A stretch of DNA of 64,000 bases, from contig NW_026889765.1 of the NCBI RefSeq assembly GCF_033153115.1, forward strand, positions 24,304,001 through 24,368,000. The letters are read 5' to 3'. Positions 51,141 to 63,368 of the stretch are shown here, in pieces. This stretch comes from Saccostrea echinata (lineage: Eukaryota). Each line of letters opens with the position of its first letter. Position 1 is the first letter of the stretch. Made by a program: the position numbers and the translations under genes. The notes below the pieces were generated by a model that saw nothing but the letters and a program-made list of their open reading frames with translations, was not told the DNA's origin and searched no databases.

Positions 51141-54100
51141 ATGTCATCGATTGAAGAAGCGAAGGGCGATATCGCAACAGACGAGAAGGTTGTTATTGCC
51201 TCGTACAAACTCAAATAAACAGCATGAATCGTATAATAATATCATGATCATAACAATGTATATTGAACGATTATTCTTGTAACTTATTTACTTGGAACCA
51301 TAGGGGCTCGTTTTTAGGATGATGTATTAAGTGATTTTCTATGTCTGCCTTAATATACATCTGTACATGATATACTGATTAAAATAAAACTTGAAAATTG
51401 TAGATTTAAAAAAAAATGTATTTCATCATGTTCAATGCATATAAAAAAGATACATGGGTTGACACTCCATTCAGCTTGGATTCCAGGGTGTGTCTCGGTT
51501 TATACTTGAATTTTATCAATTTCTACATTTTTCCTATTTGTGCTTGGTGAGATCTTGGTCATCTTACACTTGCTGTATAAAAACATACAGTGGACCAAAG
51601 CATGATATCAAAATCAATGAAAGTGAAGATTTCTAAATATAAACAATAGTTTATTTCCAATCAATTCTAAATAGTTAGGATTCATCACTCCCACCGCTTT
51701 TTTTATACTGCATGTTTTACACAGCAAATGCAACTCAGCAGACAATAGAATAATGTTATTCAATCATTTATGCAGAGTGTATATGGCTTGGATCTAAAGA
51801 AATCTGATTTTAATTAGATCAAATCTTGATAACTTCAACCAGTCAATCATCATTAAAATAAAAATAAGTTTTAGTTTAATGAATAACAATTTGCTTTGTG
51901 TCAAAAAATAGGGTAGTGAAACTCCTAAGAAAGTTCACAGAATGAAAGCAAAAAAGGACCAGGTAGATGAAGTAGACCCTGTGTACAAAAAGTTATCAGC
52001 AATAAATGGGGAGATTAATCGCATGTCTTTGAAGGAACTACAGGACAAGTTGACTGAATTAAAACTTGATGCAAGGTATTAGTATATTTGTCAAATCTTT
52101 AACGAGGTTCGCTCCTGAGCTTTTGAGCAGATTCTTATCTTAACCTATATTTAAAAAATTCTGCATAATGTTTTAATTCTTACAATAAATTTGGATTCTA
52201 CAATGCCAATTTAACTATATTCAGTTAAAACTCCATGATTAAATTCCATACCAAACGCATTAAGTGAGGAACTATATTTTGTGGCGGAGGGTTTTTTAGA
52301 AGAAAATGATCATTTTTTCTCTTTCTAAGTATTTAAAGTATGTTAAGTTTGGATTCCTATATTTACATGCAGTCTGCACACATAGTTATTTTGTGCAGTG
52401 GACTGTATTATACTGGTCCTAAATTATCTATTAAATAAACTGTCATGAATTCTATCATCATATTTGATAAATATAGGAAATATATTGTGGAAATGAAGAA
52501 AAAATAGCCCTAATTTAAGCTTAAAATTAGCACTATTTTAGTAATATCTAAAAATTAACATCACAGACCCCCACTTTTAATTTTCTTTTCTGAATATATA
52601 CAATACTTTTAACCATTCTTCTTAAGTTCAGTAAAATGTCATTACTTTCAAATGATTTTTTTGCTTGTTAAATTTTAATGCCAGAAAAATGAAAATGTTT
52701 GAGTGCAAAAAGGTCAAATAATTGAACATGCGGAGTAATTCGAAAATTTCTTCGTTGTTACAAATTTTAATGTGTCTATTTAAGATGAAATAAGACTGTG
52801 TTTGTTAACCATAATTTATTTGAACAAAAAATATTGAAGGAAAAACTTTAAAAATTGATTTATGTGTAAGACGTATTTACAGTGCAAAAAGGTCAAACTA
52901 AATGCTCTGTAGCACCAAAAGAAGCGCATTGACCCCCATTTTTTGTTTTGATTTTTAATAAAGCTATGTGTATAAATTCTAAAAATATACTTGATAAAAA
53001 ATTCTCATTACTTTTGATGGCAGGATCCAACCTCCTTAATAATATTGTTTCAGTTTGGAAAGCACTCATTGTAAAAAATTCTTCAGAGTGTTTTTCAATA
53101 AGGGCATCTGCAAATATAAAAAAAAATGTAATGAAAAGAAATAATTATAGGGATATTTAGCTTAGTACATGTATTTGGAATGAGGACAGAAGAGGGAAGA
53201 TATGTCTTAGTCTCATATACATGCAACAGTAAACATGGTAAAATGTCTGTTTGAATCTAGAATGTGTAAAGTACATGCAACACAAAAGGACTTATTCCCA
53301 GCAGATTTGCTAATCATTATTCTGATATGATTGTTAAGCTTTTCAGCTACCTTTCCTGAATATATAATAATTTTGATCATCTTTTAAAAGTTATGAAGTA
53401 TAGAGAGGCACACCATATGTAATTACTTGAATATGTTAACTTTAAAGACATAGATCTCATTCTAAAGGGCAATTGGAGTATCCCTGTACTGAGAATATAT
53501 AAAGTTAAATGATTTATTGGTAGCATGTCCTCATTTAAAGTGATTTTGTCTGTATCATCATGATCATTATATTGATTTAACCTAGGACTATACATGTAAT
53601 ATGATGTTTGTTTAATTAGAGGTTCCAAAGACATTCTACAGAAAAGACTGAAGATGCATTTCAAGCAGAGGAAGTTAATGAAAGCTAAAATAAAGCCACC
53701 TGTGGAATGTACATATGATTATTTAATTGTCATTGATTTCGAAGCAACGTGTCAAGAGAACAACTATAATTACACCCATGAGATCATTGAATTTCCAGCA
53801 GTGTTAGTAGACTGCCACACCAGAGAAATAGTAAGGACATAATTAACATCATAAACCATGGCCAAAATGTACTCCCATTCTGGCTGTGGTTAAATGAGAC
53901 AAGAATTTTCCTAGCTCATTAAAATTTTGACCAATGCAAGTAAAGCATAGTCAGAAAATAACCTTTGATGAAACCTTTCATTATTCAATCAGAGTTTTCA
54001 TAACATATTGTTTATTGTTGAATTCAATTGCTGCAATATAAACAGTTGTTTTCATTGGTTTTATAACATGCCATCACACATTAGGCATTATTATTCAAGA

Positions 54101-56149
54101 TTATGAGACTTGATGTGTTCAAACAGCCGTGGGTAGGAGAAAGCTATGAATGGATTCTGGACCATGGCTTAAGACGATGGGACAATATATAGTTGTCCTG
54201 AACAAGAAATGAAAATTTTTCTTAGTAGCAGCTAATTTTGATTTGCTGATTTGGTTTCAAAATATTTTTTTTTTATTTTTAAGGTTGATGAATTTCATGA
54301 ATACTGTAAACCTGTTCTTAATCCAAGATTGACAGAATTTTGCAGTAGTCTTACTGGTATTTCACAGGTTTGTTAGAAGGCATTATGATTCAGAATAAGT
54401 TTTATTAAAAACTCCATAAATACAAAACAATATGCAGAGACTTGGTTTCTCAAATTTTAACAAAAATGTCATTTTCTTTAAAATTTTTCTTAAAATATAC
54501 CTTTTGCATCCCCCCCCCCCCCCCAATAAAGTGGAGTGCATGTTTAGAGTTATTTGTGTTCAAAATCAGCCTCTGCAAGAAAATACTGACACATTGCCAG
54601 TCAATTCAAAAATAATTTGTGTCATAAAAACAAACATTTGACATTGTTCAATGCCAACCAAAAATTTGTTATCTCCTAGCAATGAACTTTAAGGGGATAT
54701 AGTAATGTGTATGGGTATCTGCCAATTGTTCTATCAAAGTGTCCTTTTTCATGTGTATCATTTAAAAAAAAATAAGTGCAGGATTTAAATTGGAAAAAAA
54801 ATAGAAGAAAAGATTTGATGTAACTTATTCCAAAGTTGTTCAATTATGAATGTTGGTGCAAAACAGGGTCTTCTCAAGATTTTCAAGGTTCATTTCTGAG
54901 AAAACAACCTGCTTTTCACATGATATAATTTGTCAAATTAAAATGCATGCATCCTGATATCGTAGAATCTGATATGGTATAAAATAATTTAATATAAAAT
55001 TTATTTTGAATACTAGTAATTTGTCTAAATTTTGTAATAAATAGGAAAAAAAAATACCACAGAAAGGTAATATCCTGGAAATTTTAATTAAGGTCCCTGC
55101 GATAAAAGTTTATCATGGCACACCTCAATGCATTTATCTTCCTTTTTCCAGAGAGTTGTAGATAAATCAGATGAATTTCCAGCTGTCCTTGACAGAATGC
55201 AGTCATGGATGACTAGTCATTACTTAGGAATACATCATACCTTTGCCATTGTCACTGATGGGTAAGTTACTATAGCAACTGTATTATGTGTAGACCGGAG
55301 GTGGATAGTGTGTCTTTCTATATTTGATTTTGAGTATATACAGAAGAGGAGTGGATCCAGGATTCTAGTAGTAAAGGAGTGTAACAGTTACTCAATTTTA
55401 ACTTAATGCTAAATTTAACATCATCCATTCATTCTTTTACATAGGTACATGTATATTTTAGATGTATTGATCTTTTCTGGTTGGTATTTAAAGTAAAATG
55501 TAACTTTAAAAAGCTAGATAAGTAAAGAATATGCGATATCTATATAATCGAAGCACGAAATTAACATAAAGACATGACTGTCACTAATCTTGATCATAGA
55601 GGTCAGATGAATCAAATTTCATGAAATATAGTTTGTTGAAATTAATTCTTCCTTATTAATTATTAATTGAATCATGATGTTTATTTGTTTTTTAACAGAC
55701 CATGGGATATGAGTCGTTTTCTTCAAATGCAATGTAATTTGAGCAAGATAACCTTCCCTCATTGGGGAAAAAAGTGGATAAACATTCGCAAAGCTTATTC
55801 AAGCCACTATTCTTGTAAACGTATGAACCTGGAAGAAATGTTGATAAATCTGGGACTTAAATTTGAAGGAACACAGCACTGTGGATTACATGATTCCAGG
55901 AATATAGCCAAGATTGCTATTCAGCTTTTGGAGGATGGCTGTGATTTGGTGAAAAACGAATTTCTGCATGTGGCACAACCTCCACCTGGGCCTAAGGGTT
56001 CCAGAGAAAATGGATCTTGGGGTGGTGACAATAAAACTAGGTCAAAGGAGGAAATTGAACAGAGACTAGAAGCACTTAAGTTAGAATCCAAGAACTTTGT
56101 TGAAGAGAATCAAGATTTATTGGAATACCACAAATTACAGTCAGCATGA
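51141..56149 (+). CDS. ERI1: 3'-5' exoribonuclease 1 (ERI1/3'hExo; SAP + DEDDh exonuclease)
   Basis: Exons 51141-51188, 51912-52075, 53620-53830, 54284-54367, 55152-55261 and 55699-56149. SAP DPVYKKLSAINGEINRMSLKELQDKL..RGSKDILQKRLK. ExoI VIDFEATC..HEIIEFPAV, LTEFCSSLTGISQ, VTDGPWDMSRFL, WINIRKAY, ExoIII HCGLHDSRNIA. The first exon is less certain. Confidence 0.93.
52103..53035 (+). mobile_element. 933-bp TTAA-TSD non-autonomous DNA transposon (copy 1)
   Basis: TTAA|CGAGGTTCGCTCC ... GGATCCAACCTCC|TTAA. Near-identical inverted copy at 61870-63368. Confidence 0.9.
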
Positions 56150-56654
56150 ATAGTTTTGTATGATTGTCTTTAATCCAAAGTGCTAGCAACTTGATGATGA
56201 AGATGTTTGGTTGTCTGATATGAAATGTTGAACATTATGTTTATGATGTTCTGGATACAGTGGATCTGGTGGCAAGAAATATTTATATTAGATAAAGGAT
56301 GTCAAATGTTGCATTTCAATGTTGTCTTTAAATGTATGCTTCATTTGTGCATGTTGTGTCATTTAAGAAATTGGAAAAAAATATATCCTTTAAATACAAC
56401 TCGAACTCAAATTTTATTGCCAACACTGTAGAGGATTAAAAATGACCAACACTGGCATAAACATTTACAATCCTCATATTGATGAAGTTCAACTCCCTTT
56501 AAGAATTTTTTGTTGCTCTAAAGGACACCAGGATTGGGATAGCTGAGGGGAAAAAATTGGAAGGGAATCTGTAAAGATGTCTCGAACATCCGTCAAATTT
56601 AATATAATCCAAATAATTACCAGTCTAACATCAGTCTATCATATATATAATCCA

Positions 56655-57770
56655 AACTAGAGGTACTGCAAGCTCACAGAATAATACCCCCATCCCCACC
56701 CCCACCCCACTGCATTTTTTTTAGTGTCCAAATTTTGACAATGTGACCTTAAACTTGCCAAAAAAAACCTTGGATAAAAAATGACACACCATCTGCTCAC
56801 AAGTAATTTGTAAGTGAAATATGGACATCAATTGTTTTTCCATTAGGAAATTCTAGACCTGTCATGAATTTCACACTTTGACCTTGAATTTGCCACATCA
56901 AGCTTAATTGATTCAAGGTCATGACACCCCTCAAGTCATAAACCATCTTTGTACCAAGTATGGCTATAATGAGCTTCTACTGATTTTACATTTATATACA
57001 AAGTTAAAGTCTGGACGAGAATTTTATACCTTTTTTGCCAGTGACCTTGAACTTGCCAGAATGACTTTGGGTTGTGTTTGTGAGGCATGCTTGGGTCATA
57101 AGCGATCTCTGTACCAAATATGAGCTTCCAATGGGTTATTGCCACAAGAATTTTGTACTTTTCCTACCAATGACCTTGAACTTGCAAGAATGACATTGGG
57201 TGAAGGTTTTGACATGTCTTTGTTATAAACAATTTTTATATCAAGTATGAGTTTCTGATGATTCCACATTACAAAGTTATAACTTGGAAGAAAATTTTAT
57301 ACTTTTTCCATTAGTGACCTTGAACTTACCGAAATCACCTAGGGTGATGGTAATGACACACCCTCTCATCGTAAACAATTTCTGTACACAGTATGAGGTT
57401 CCAATGATTCTCCATTGCTGTTATAGCCCAAACAAGAATTTTATACCTTTTTTGCCTTTGACCTCAAGATCATGACACTACAGTGTACCTCTAGACATGA
57501 AAAATGTCTGTACCAAGTATGAGGTTCCATTGATTCTCTATTAAAAAGATATAACTCAGACAGGAATTGTATACTTTTTCTGTCGGTGACCTTGAACTTG
57601 CCAGAATGACTTTGGGTCAATTTCATTACACAACATTTGGACATTAGCAATCTCTGTACCAAGTATGAGCTTCAAATGATTCTCTATTACGATGTTATAA
57701 CCTAGACAAGATTGCACAGACAGACGAGGTGATTCCACACCCCCAAACATCATTTGCGGGCTATTATGAT
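56655..57770 (-). mobile_element. HINE with internal tandem monomers, inside a ~38-bp minisatellite
   Basis: AACTAGAGG end, repeated GTGACCTTGAACTTGCCAGAATGAC / GTACCAAGTATGAG units, GACAGAC microsatellite at ~57715. Both flanks carry TATAATCCAAAT..ACCAGTCTAACAT.AGTC units. Confidence 0.75.
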
Positions 57771-58005
57771 ATACCAGTCTAACATTAGTCCATCTTATAT
57801 AATCCAAATTATTACCATCTTGCATCAGTCCACCTAATATAATCCAAATAAGCAAATTCAATTAATTGTGATTCCAAATAAGCAAATTCAAATAATTGTG
57901 ACCCCCCTTTTTTCGGTGACGTAGTGGTTGGGATACAATTATTTGTGGCATATTGTAAATATCTTGCTTGTGTATCCTTCAAACATCTTATAATATTTTC
58001 CTATG

Positions 58006-58709
58006 AACTAGAAATAAAAGACATCACAGAGTCAACACATCTGTTTCATATTTGGATATTTTATTAGAAAAAGATCAAGGTCACGAAGTATAAGATGATG
58101 TTTTTTTCTGAAAGTTGTTGTCATAGGTAATGTACATGCATTAGATGAAATCCATATCTTCTATCATTCAAAAGCTACTGCCAATGTAAATAAAATTTGA
58201 AAAAAAAATATAGGTTAAACTTTAAGGTAAAACACCAGGGTGCATTCGGAAAGGTCTTGAAACAGGTAATGCATATGATAAATATAAATGTCCTATCTTC
58301 TGTCATTCAGAGGTTATATGCAATGTTAAAATGTATGAAAATTAGGTCAAACTCCAAGGTCAAGCCATGGGGTTTAAAATCATTAAACATTTGAAAATGT
58401 CTTGTCACAGGTAATGCACATGTCTAATATGAATGCCATATCTTCTCTCCTTCAAAAGTAAGCAGAAATGATTTTTTTTTTTTTGAAAAGTAAGGCCAAA
58501 CTTGAAGGTCAAAGTCACAGGTCAAGTGTCATATAGCACATTCGGAAACTTCGTGCTACAGGCAATGCTTTTACTAAATATGAACGCCCTGTCTTCTCTC
58601 ATTCAAGCTATTACCAATGTTAAAGTTTTTGAAAAAAATAGGGTCAAACCTCAAGGTCACTGGGTCAAATATCATAGCATGTTCGGAAACGTCTTGTCAC
58701 AGATAATGC
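58006..58709 (-). mobile_element. Second HINE-like tandem array (~125-140-bp monomers)
   Basis: Repeated TCGGAAA.GTCTTGTCACAGGTAATGC and AAGGTCAA motifs. Confidence 0.6.
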
Positions 58710-58971
58710 TAGACTCCTGACAAATTTCATTCGATATCTTCGGGCTTGCTTCTCTCATTGAGAAGCACCAATCAAATTGAAGTAGACAGATAATGTTAAC
58801 AGAAAGGAATCAGTTGACACCTTAGTGGACGTGTTACGCATTGTTTTATTCACCGAAAGGCTTAATATGATTGGTTGAGATATAAGAAAAACTATCAAGA
58901 TTTGTAATTTTCCTGAAAGACGTCGCTGCAGTCAGCCCGCAAGATGCCGAATGAAATTTGTCAGGGGTCAA
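58710..58971. mobile_element. MITE with ~35-bp TIRs (Academ-like TAG end)
   Basis: TAGACTCCTGACAAATTTCATTCGATATCTTCGGGCT / AGCCCGCAAGATGCCGAATGAAATTTGTCAGGGGTC. Confidence 0.7.
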
Positions 58972-59494
58972 ACGGCAACGTGTTGACTCAGGACCTCTGA
59001 CGTTGTGAGGATGTGTCGTTGCTAGAAAAAACTTCAGTTGATATTGTGAAAATGCTCGAGATAAACTATGCATAATGATAATGAACCGTGCACACACATG
59101 AATACGTTAAGCACACATTTTATGTATTATGATAATTACAAATTCTCTAAATGTATATCACATTCATGGACTCACTGTATGCCATAAAGCACCTTTTATC
59201 TTGACTTATGGACATATCTTTAAAGGATTACGAGAGGTTAAATTCATATATAACTGCTGGATGTCTGGGCAGCTATTATTTCGTAATTCTTTATTGAATA
59301 TACCAAAATAAATTTAATTTATTAACTAATTTTAGTTAAAAGATCTAAAGATCTAAATGTACACGAACTTCAGGCGAACTAAAAAAATTAATACTTTTTC
59401 CGAGATTTTATTAATATGACTGTACATGGTACATGTTTACTAACTTCCTTCAAAGTAACATCCAAAGGTAAAAAATAACTTTTATTTCAGTTGC

Positions 59495-61834
59495 TCAACA
59501 ACTTATTTCATTGTATTGGTTTGTGAGGAATATGTGAAGTGACGTCACTTGGCCCATGCTGTACAAGCATTCTGGTACTGTTTGGAACATTTTCTGAAAA
59601 AATTAAAGTAAAAATTTTGAATTACATACTAATCTATCACTCGATATGATAATGCTTTATGACAAACAATTATTCTTGAAAAAAAGTGAAGTACTTCTAT
59701 GCTGTAACATATAGACTTAAAACTATCAATATTACCTAATTAACATATTAAGTTACAGTGTGTATAGTTTATTAGTGTCTTACTGAATACATTGTTGGTG
59801 GGATTTTCTCAAAAACTGGTGACCGCACATCAGACACAAAGAACCAGGAAAAGGCCACCAGTTTACCTCTGTCATACATCAAGTAAAATGGCGCCAGTTC
59901 CTCGCAGTACATATCTCGTCGGACATTAAAATGGTACTGGTTACCTATCATCATCAAATAAAGCAATGGATATATTTGTATAAATAAAGAAAAAAGAAGT
60001 ACAATACTTCTTCTAAGTTCATCACAATTCTATGCCCGCATTAGAGGAAGTTCTTTCCAAGAAATATAAATTTTAAATACAGTTGAACTTCGGGATCTCG
60101 AACACTGAAATTTCGAATACCATGGATATGTCTAAGTGAATTGGAAGTCCAAACCCCTTATTTCTTTAAGTAATTTACCCTGGATATCTCGAATCCTCGG
60201 ATATCTCGAAGTTTTTCTCGGTCCTATGAAGTTCGAGATAATGAGGTATTTCGTGAAAAAAAAATGGATTCTACAGTTATATGATTGGACAAGTAACACC
60301 CCCCCCCCCCACGAGGATATAACCTACCTAATCTTGGCATACACTGTCCCTGTCCCCAGAGGGTCTCCCTAATTGTAGTTTCGTCTATGGGCACAGGAAC
60401 GGAATCGGACATGGGATTTGGTCCATTCTGGAAATACAACCCCGTTCCTATCCCCTCCGATACCAGCTGAGACTCTGTTCTTGTAGAGGCACATATTTTC
60501 GCTGTAGTAAAAAAAAATACTATACTTGCAAACAACTGTCAAAGTGTCCTATACAATTTTTGCAAGTTTACATACATGTACATACTTAATTTGTCTCACT
60601 TGCAGGTCTTAACTGATTTTTTTTTTTAATGTTTTTAAGTGAAAAATGTAATATCTGGTATTTTTTTTCTCATCCAAATTGTATAATTTTGGCACACTTC
60701 TTCACATTTCAAAATCTTACAGGGTTCCATGAAATATGCGGTAACGAAGAGTAGGTTTCCTTCTTGGACAAATGGGCGGGGCTTCAGATTTCTTGTTGGA
60801 TAGCCATTGGACAAATTATCTGGGATCTGCAAACATGAAAAAAAAAAAAATAGAATTTTTGCACAATCCTATGAATGGTCACACATATAGTTTACGTCAT
60901 ATCCGTCCCACCTTTAGTTAGCTTAATTTCGGGGGGAAAAGGGCCTGTTCAAGATATTTTTCACAAAATCCCATACACAAATACATTGCAGGTTCTTATA
61001 TACAATACAAAAAGCCAATTCAAATGTTTTCGATATATATGATCTTGCCTTCCTGTACAACTTTGACCTTGTTTTGCACTGAAATATACATATTCTTTTA
61101 TGACCTTGATCTCCTGTATAATTAAGGAATGTTTTTAAGTTTTGTGTGAGTTATTGATTATACCGTGTAAATCACACAGACTTGTCACGTAGGCATATTT
61201 CATGAAACGCGCTAGCGCTTCATGAAAAATATGCCTACGTGCAAGTCTGTGTGATTTACATGTACACACCAATAATTCACACTAAACTTAAAAACATTCC
61301 TTATATTTACATCTTACAAGTTTAAAAGCACAAATAATATACTCAATATTTGAATTTCTCACTGCCCTATATCATTACATTTTTATTTACGTCTGTAGCC
61401 TCATTGTGACGTCACTTTAGCGCGAGTTTCACCGTGTATATTTCTACTCGTGAGTATACACAAAATGACTTTCAAATCAATTTCACAGTTGGCATAGGAG
61501 AAAAACACAGCAAATGTAAATATGTAACCTTGGCTTCACATCTTTTTTTCCCCCTTTTCTACAAGTTTCAAAGAAACTCTGAAGCTTAATACACAGATTC
61601 GTATTATTTTCATCCATTATGTTGTACTATTTTGGAAAGCTCATATCAAAGAAACAAGTTGCATTTCTTTCCATTTACCTTTGAACGCGGGCATTCATAT
61701 TCTATGGACATATTACTTGTTTATAGTCCTTACCCCCGTTTGAAGACCCGCAATAAGACCCTGAGAATCGTAAATGAGTACCACAGCTGGATCGTTGTTT
61801 CTCCAATAGCGCTTGCCAATAAAGTTGACGGATC
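59495..61834 (-). CDS. Uncharacterised protein, 5'-incomplete (five exons)
   Basis: Exons 61834-61734, 60826-60721, 60501-60328, 59944-59784 and 59593-59495 splice in frame: GSVNFIGKRYWRNNDPAVVLIYDSQGLIAGLQTG|IPDNLSNGYP..VTAYFMEP|SKICAST..GTGLYFQNGPNP..WGQGQCMPRL|GNQYHFNVRRDMYCEELAPFYLMYDRGKLVAFSW..|KMFQTVPECL..SLHIFLTNQYNEISC*. Upstream exons were not found in the window. Confidence 0.8.
60079..60256. mobile_element. Tc1/pogo-type MITE
   Basis: TA|CAGTTGAACTTCGGGATCTCGAAC start, internal GATATCTCGAA repeats, inverted GTTCGAGATA near the right end. Confidence 0.65.
61123..61525. mobile_element. Crypton-like non-autonomous element with ~85-bp inverted arms
   Basis: TAAGGAATGTTTTTAAGTTT..GTAAATCACACAGACTTG..CGTAGGCATATTT..GCGCTAGCGC..ATATGCCTACG..CAAGTCTGTGTGATTTAC..AAACTTAAAAACATTCCTTA (61123-61303). 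Confidence 0.6.
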
Positions 61835-61869
61835 CTAAAAGTAGCAAAATTAGTACCATTGTACATTAA

Positions 61870-63368
61870 GGAGGTTGGATCCTGCCTTCAAAAGTAATGA
61901 GAATTTTTTATCAAGTATATTTTTAGAATTTATACACATAGCTTAATTAAAAATCAAAACAAAAAATGGGGGTCAATGCGCTTCTTTTGGCGTAGTCCGA
62001 AATATCTGACGTTTTCCTGGCTTTTTTCATGATTTGATATTTTACGAGCCAGGAAAACGTCAGAACCGGCGCCATTACGAAAACTGGAAATTTCGCCTTC
62101 TCCAACCAGAGTTGATTTTCGATACTGGCGAACCGAATTAAATGCCGAACTCACAGTTTATCAATAGCACAATGCTTCTAGTACTCACCAATATCGATGA
62201 AAAGAAAACACCACTCCACATTATACAGGACTTTAAAAATGTTAAAATGCACAAAATGAAAACAAATCTCGACAGTCAGATAAAATGTTTTCATCGGATT
62301 GTATTTTTTAAAAACGAACCATGAAAACGATGTTGATGAGTACTAAAAGTATTGTACTATTGATAAGATGTGAGTTTGACATTTAATTCGGATCGCAAGT
62401 ATCGAAAATCAACCCGAGAATGCCGCCTCCGGTTGGAGGCGGCGAATTCCCAGTTTAAGTAATGGCGCCGGTTCTGACGTTTTCCTGGCACGTAAATTAT
62501 CAAATCATGAAAAAAGCCAGAAAAACGTCAGATATTTCGGACTACTTTTGGCGCTACAGAGCATTTAGTTTGACCTTTTTGCACTGTAAATACGTCTTAC
62601 ACATAAATCAATTTTTAAAGTTTTTCCTCCAATATTTTTTATTCAAATAAATTATGGGAACAAACACAGCCTTATTTCATCTTGAATAGACACATTAAAA
62701 TTTGTGACAATGAAAAAAATTTCAAATTACTCCGCATGTTCAATTACTTGACCTTTTTGCACTCAAAAAAATTCATTTTTCTGGCATTAAAAAATTTAAC
62801 AAGCAAAAAAAAAATAATTTGAAAGTAATGACATTTTACTGAATTTAAGAAGAATGGTTAAAAGTATCTTGTATATTCAGAAAAGAAAATAAAAAGTGGG
62901 TGTCTGTGATGTTAATTTTTAGATATTACTAAAAAAGTGCCGATTTTAAGCTTAAATTAGGGCTATTTTTTCTTGATTTTTCACAATATATTTGCTATAT
63001 TTATCAAATATGATGATAGAATCCATGACAGTTTATTTGATATATAATTTAGGACCAGTATAAAACAGTTCACTGCACAAAATAACTCTGTGTGCAGGCT
63101 GCATGGAAAAATAGGAATCCAAACTTAACATACTTTAAATACTTCGAAAAAGAAATAATGATCATTTTCTTCGAAAAAACCTTCCGCCACAAAATATAGT
63201 TCCTCGCTTAATGCCTTTGGTATGGAATTTAATCATGGAGTTTTAACTGAATATTGTTTAATTTGCATTGTAGAATCCAAATTTATTGTAAGAATTAAAA
63301 CTTTATGCAGAATTTTTGAAATATAGGTTAAGATATAAATCTGCTCAAAAGCTCAGGAGCGAACCTCG
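61870..63368 (-). mobile_element. TTAA-TSD element, copy 2 (inverted relative to 52103-53035), with a nested MITE
   Basis: TTAA|GGAGGTTGGATCC ... GGAGCGAACCTCG|TTAA. Colinear reverse complement of copy 1 apart from the 61993-62553 insertion. Confidence 0.9.
61993..62544. mobile_element. MITE with ~120-bp TIRs and 9-bp TSD (AcademH-like)
   Basis: CTTTTGGCG|TAGTCCGAAATATCTGACGTTTT ... AAAACGTCAGATATTTCGGACTA|CTTTTGGCG. The empty site is visible in copy 1 (~52905-52930). Confidence 0.85.

Noticed and set aside
56908-58720. Cluster of 60-100-aa ORFs downstream of ERI1
   Set aside because: They fall in HINE tandem monomers and are non-coding.
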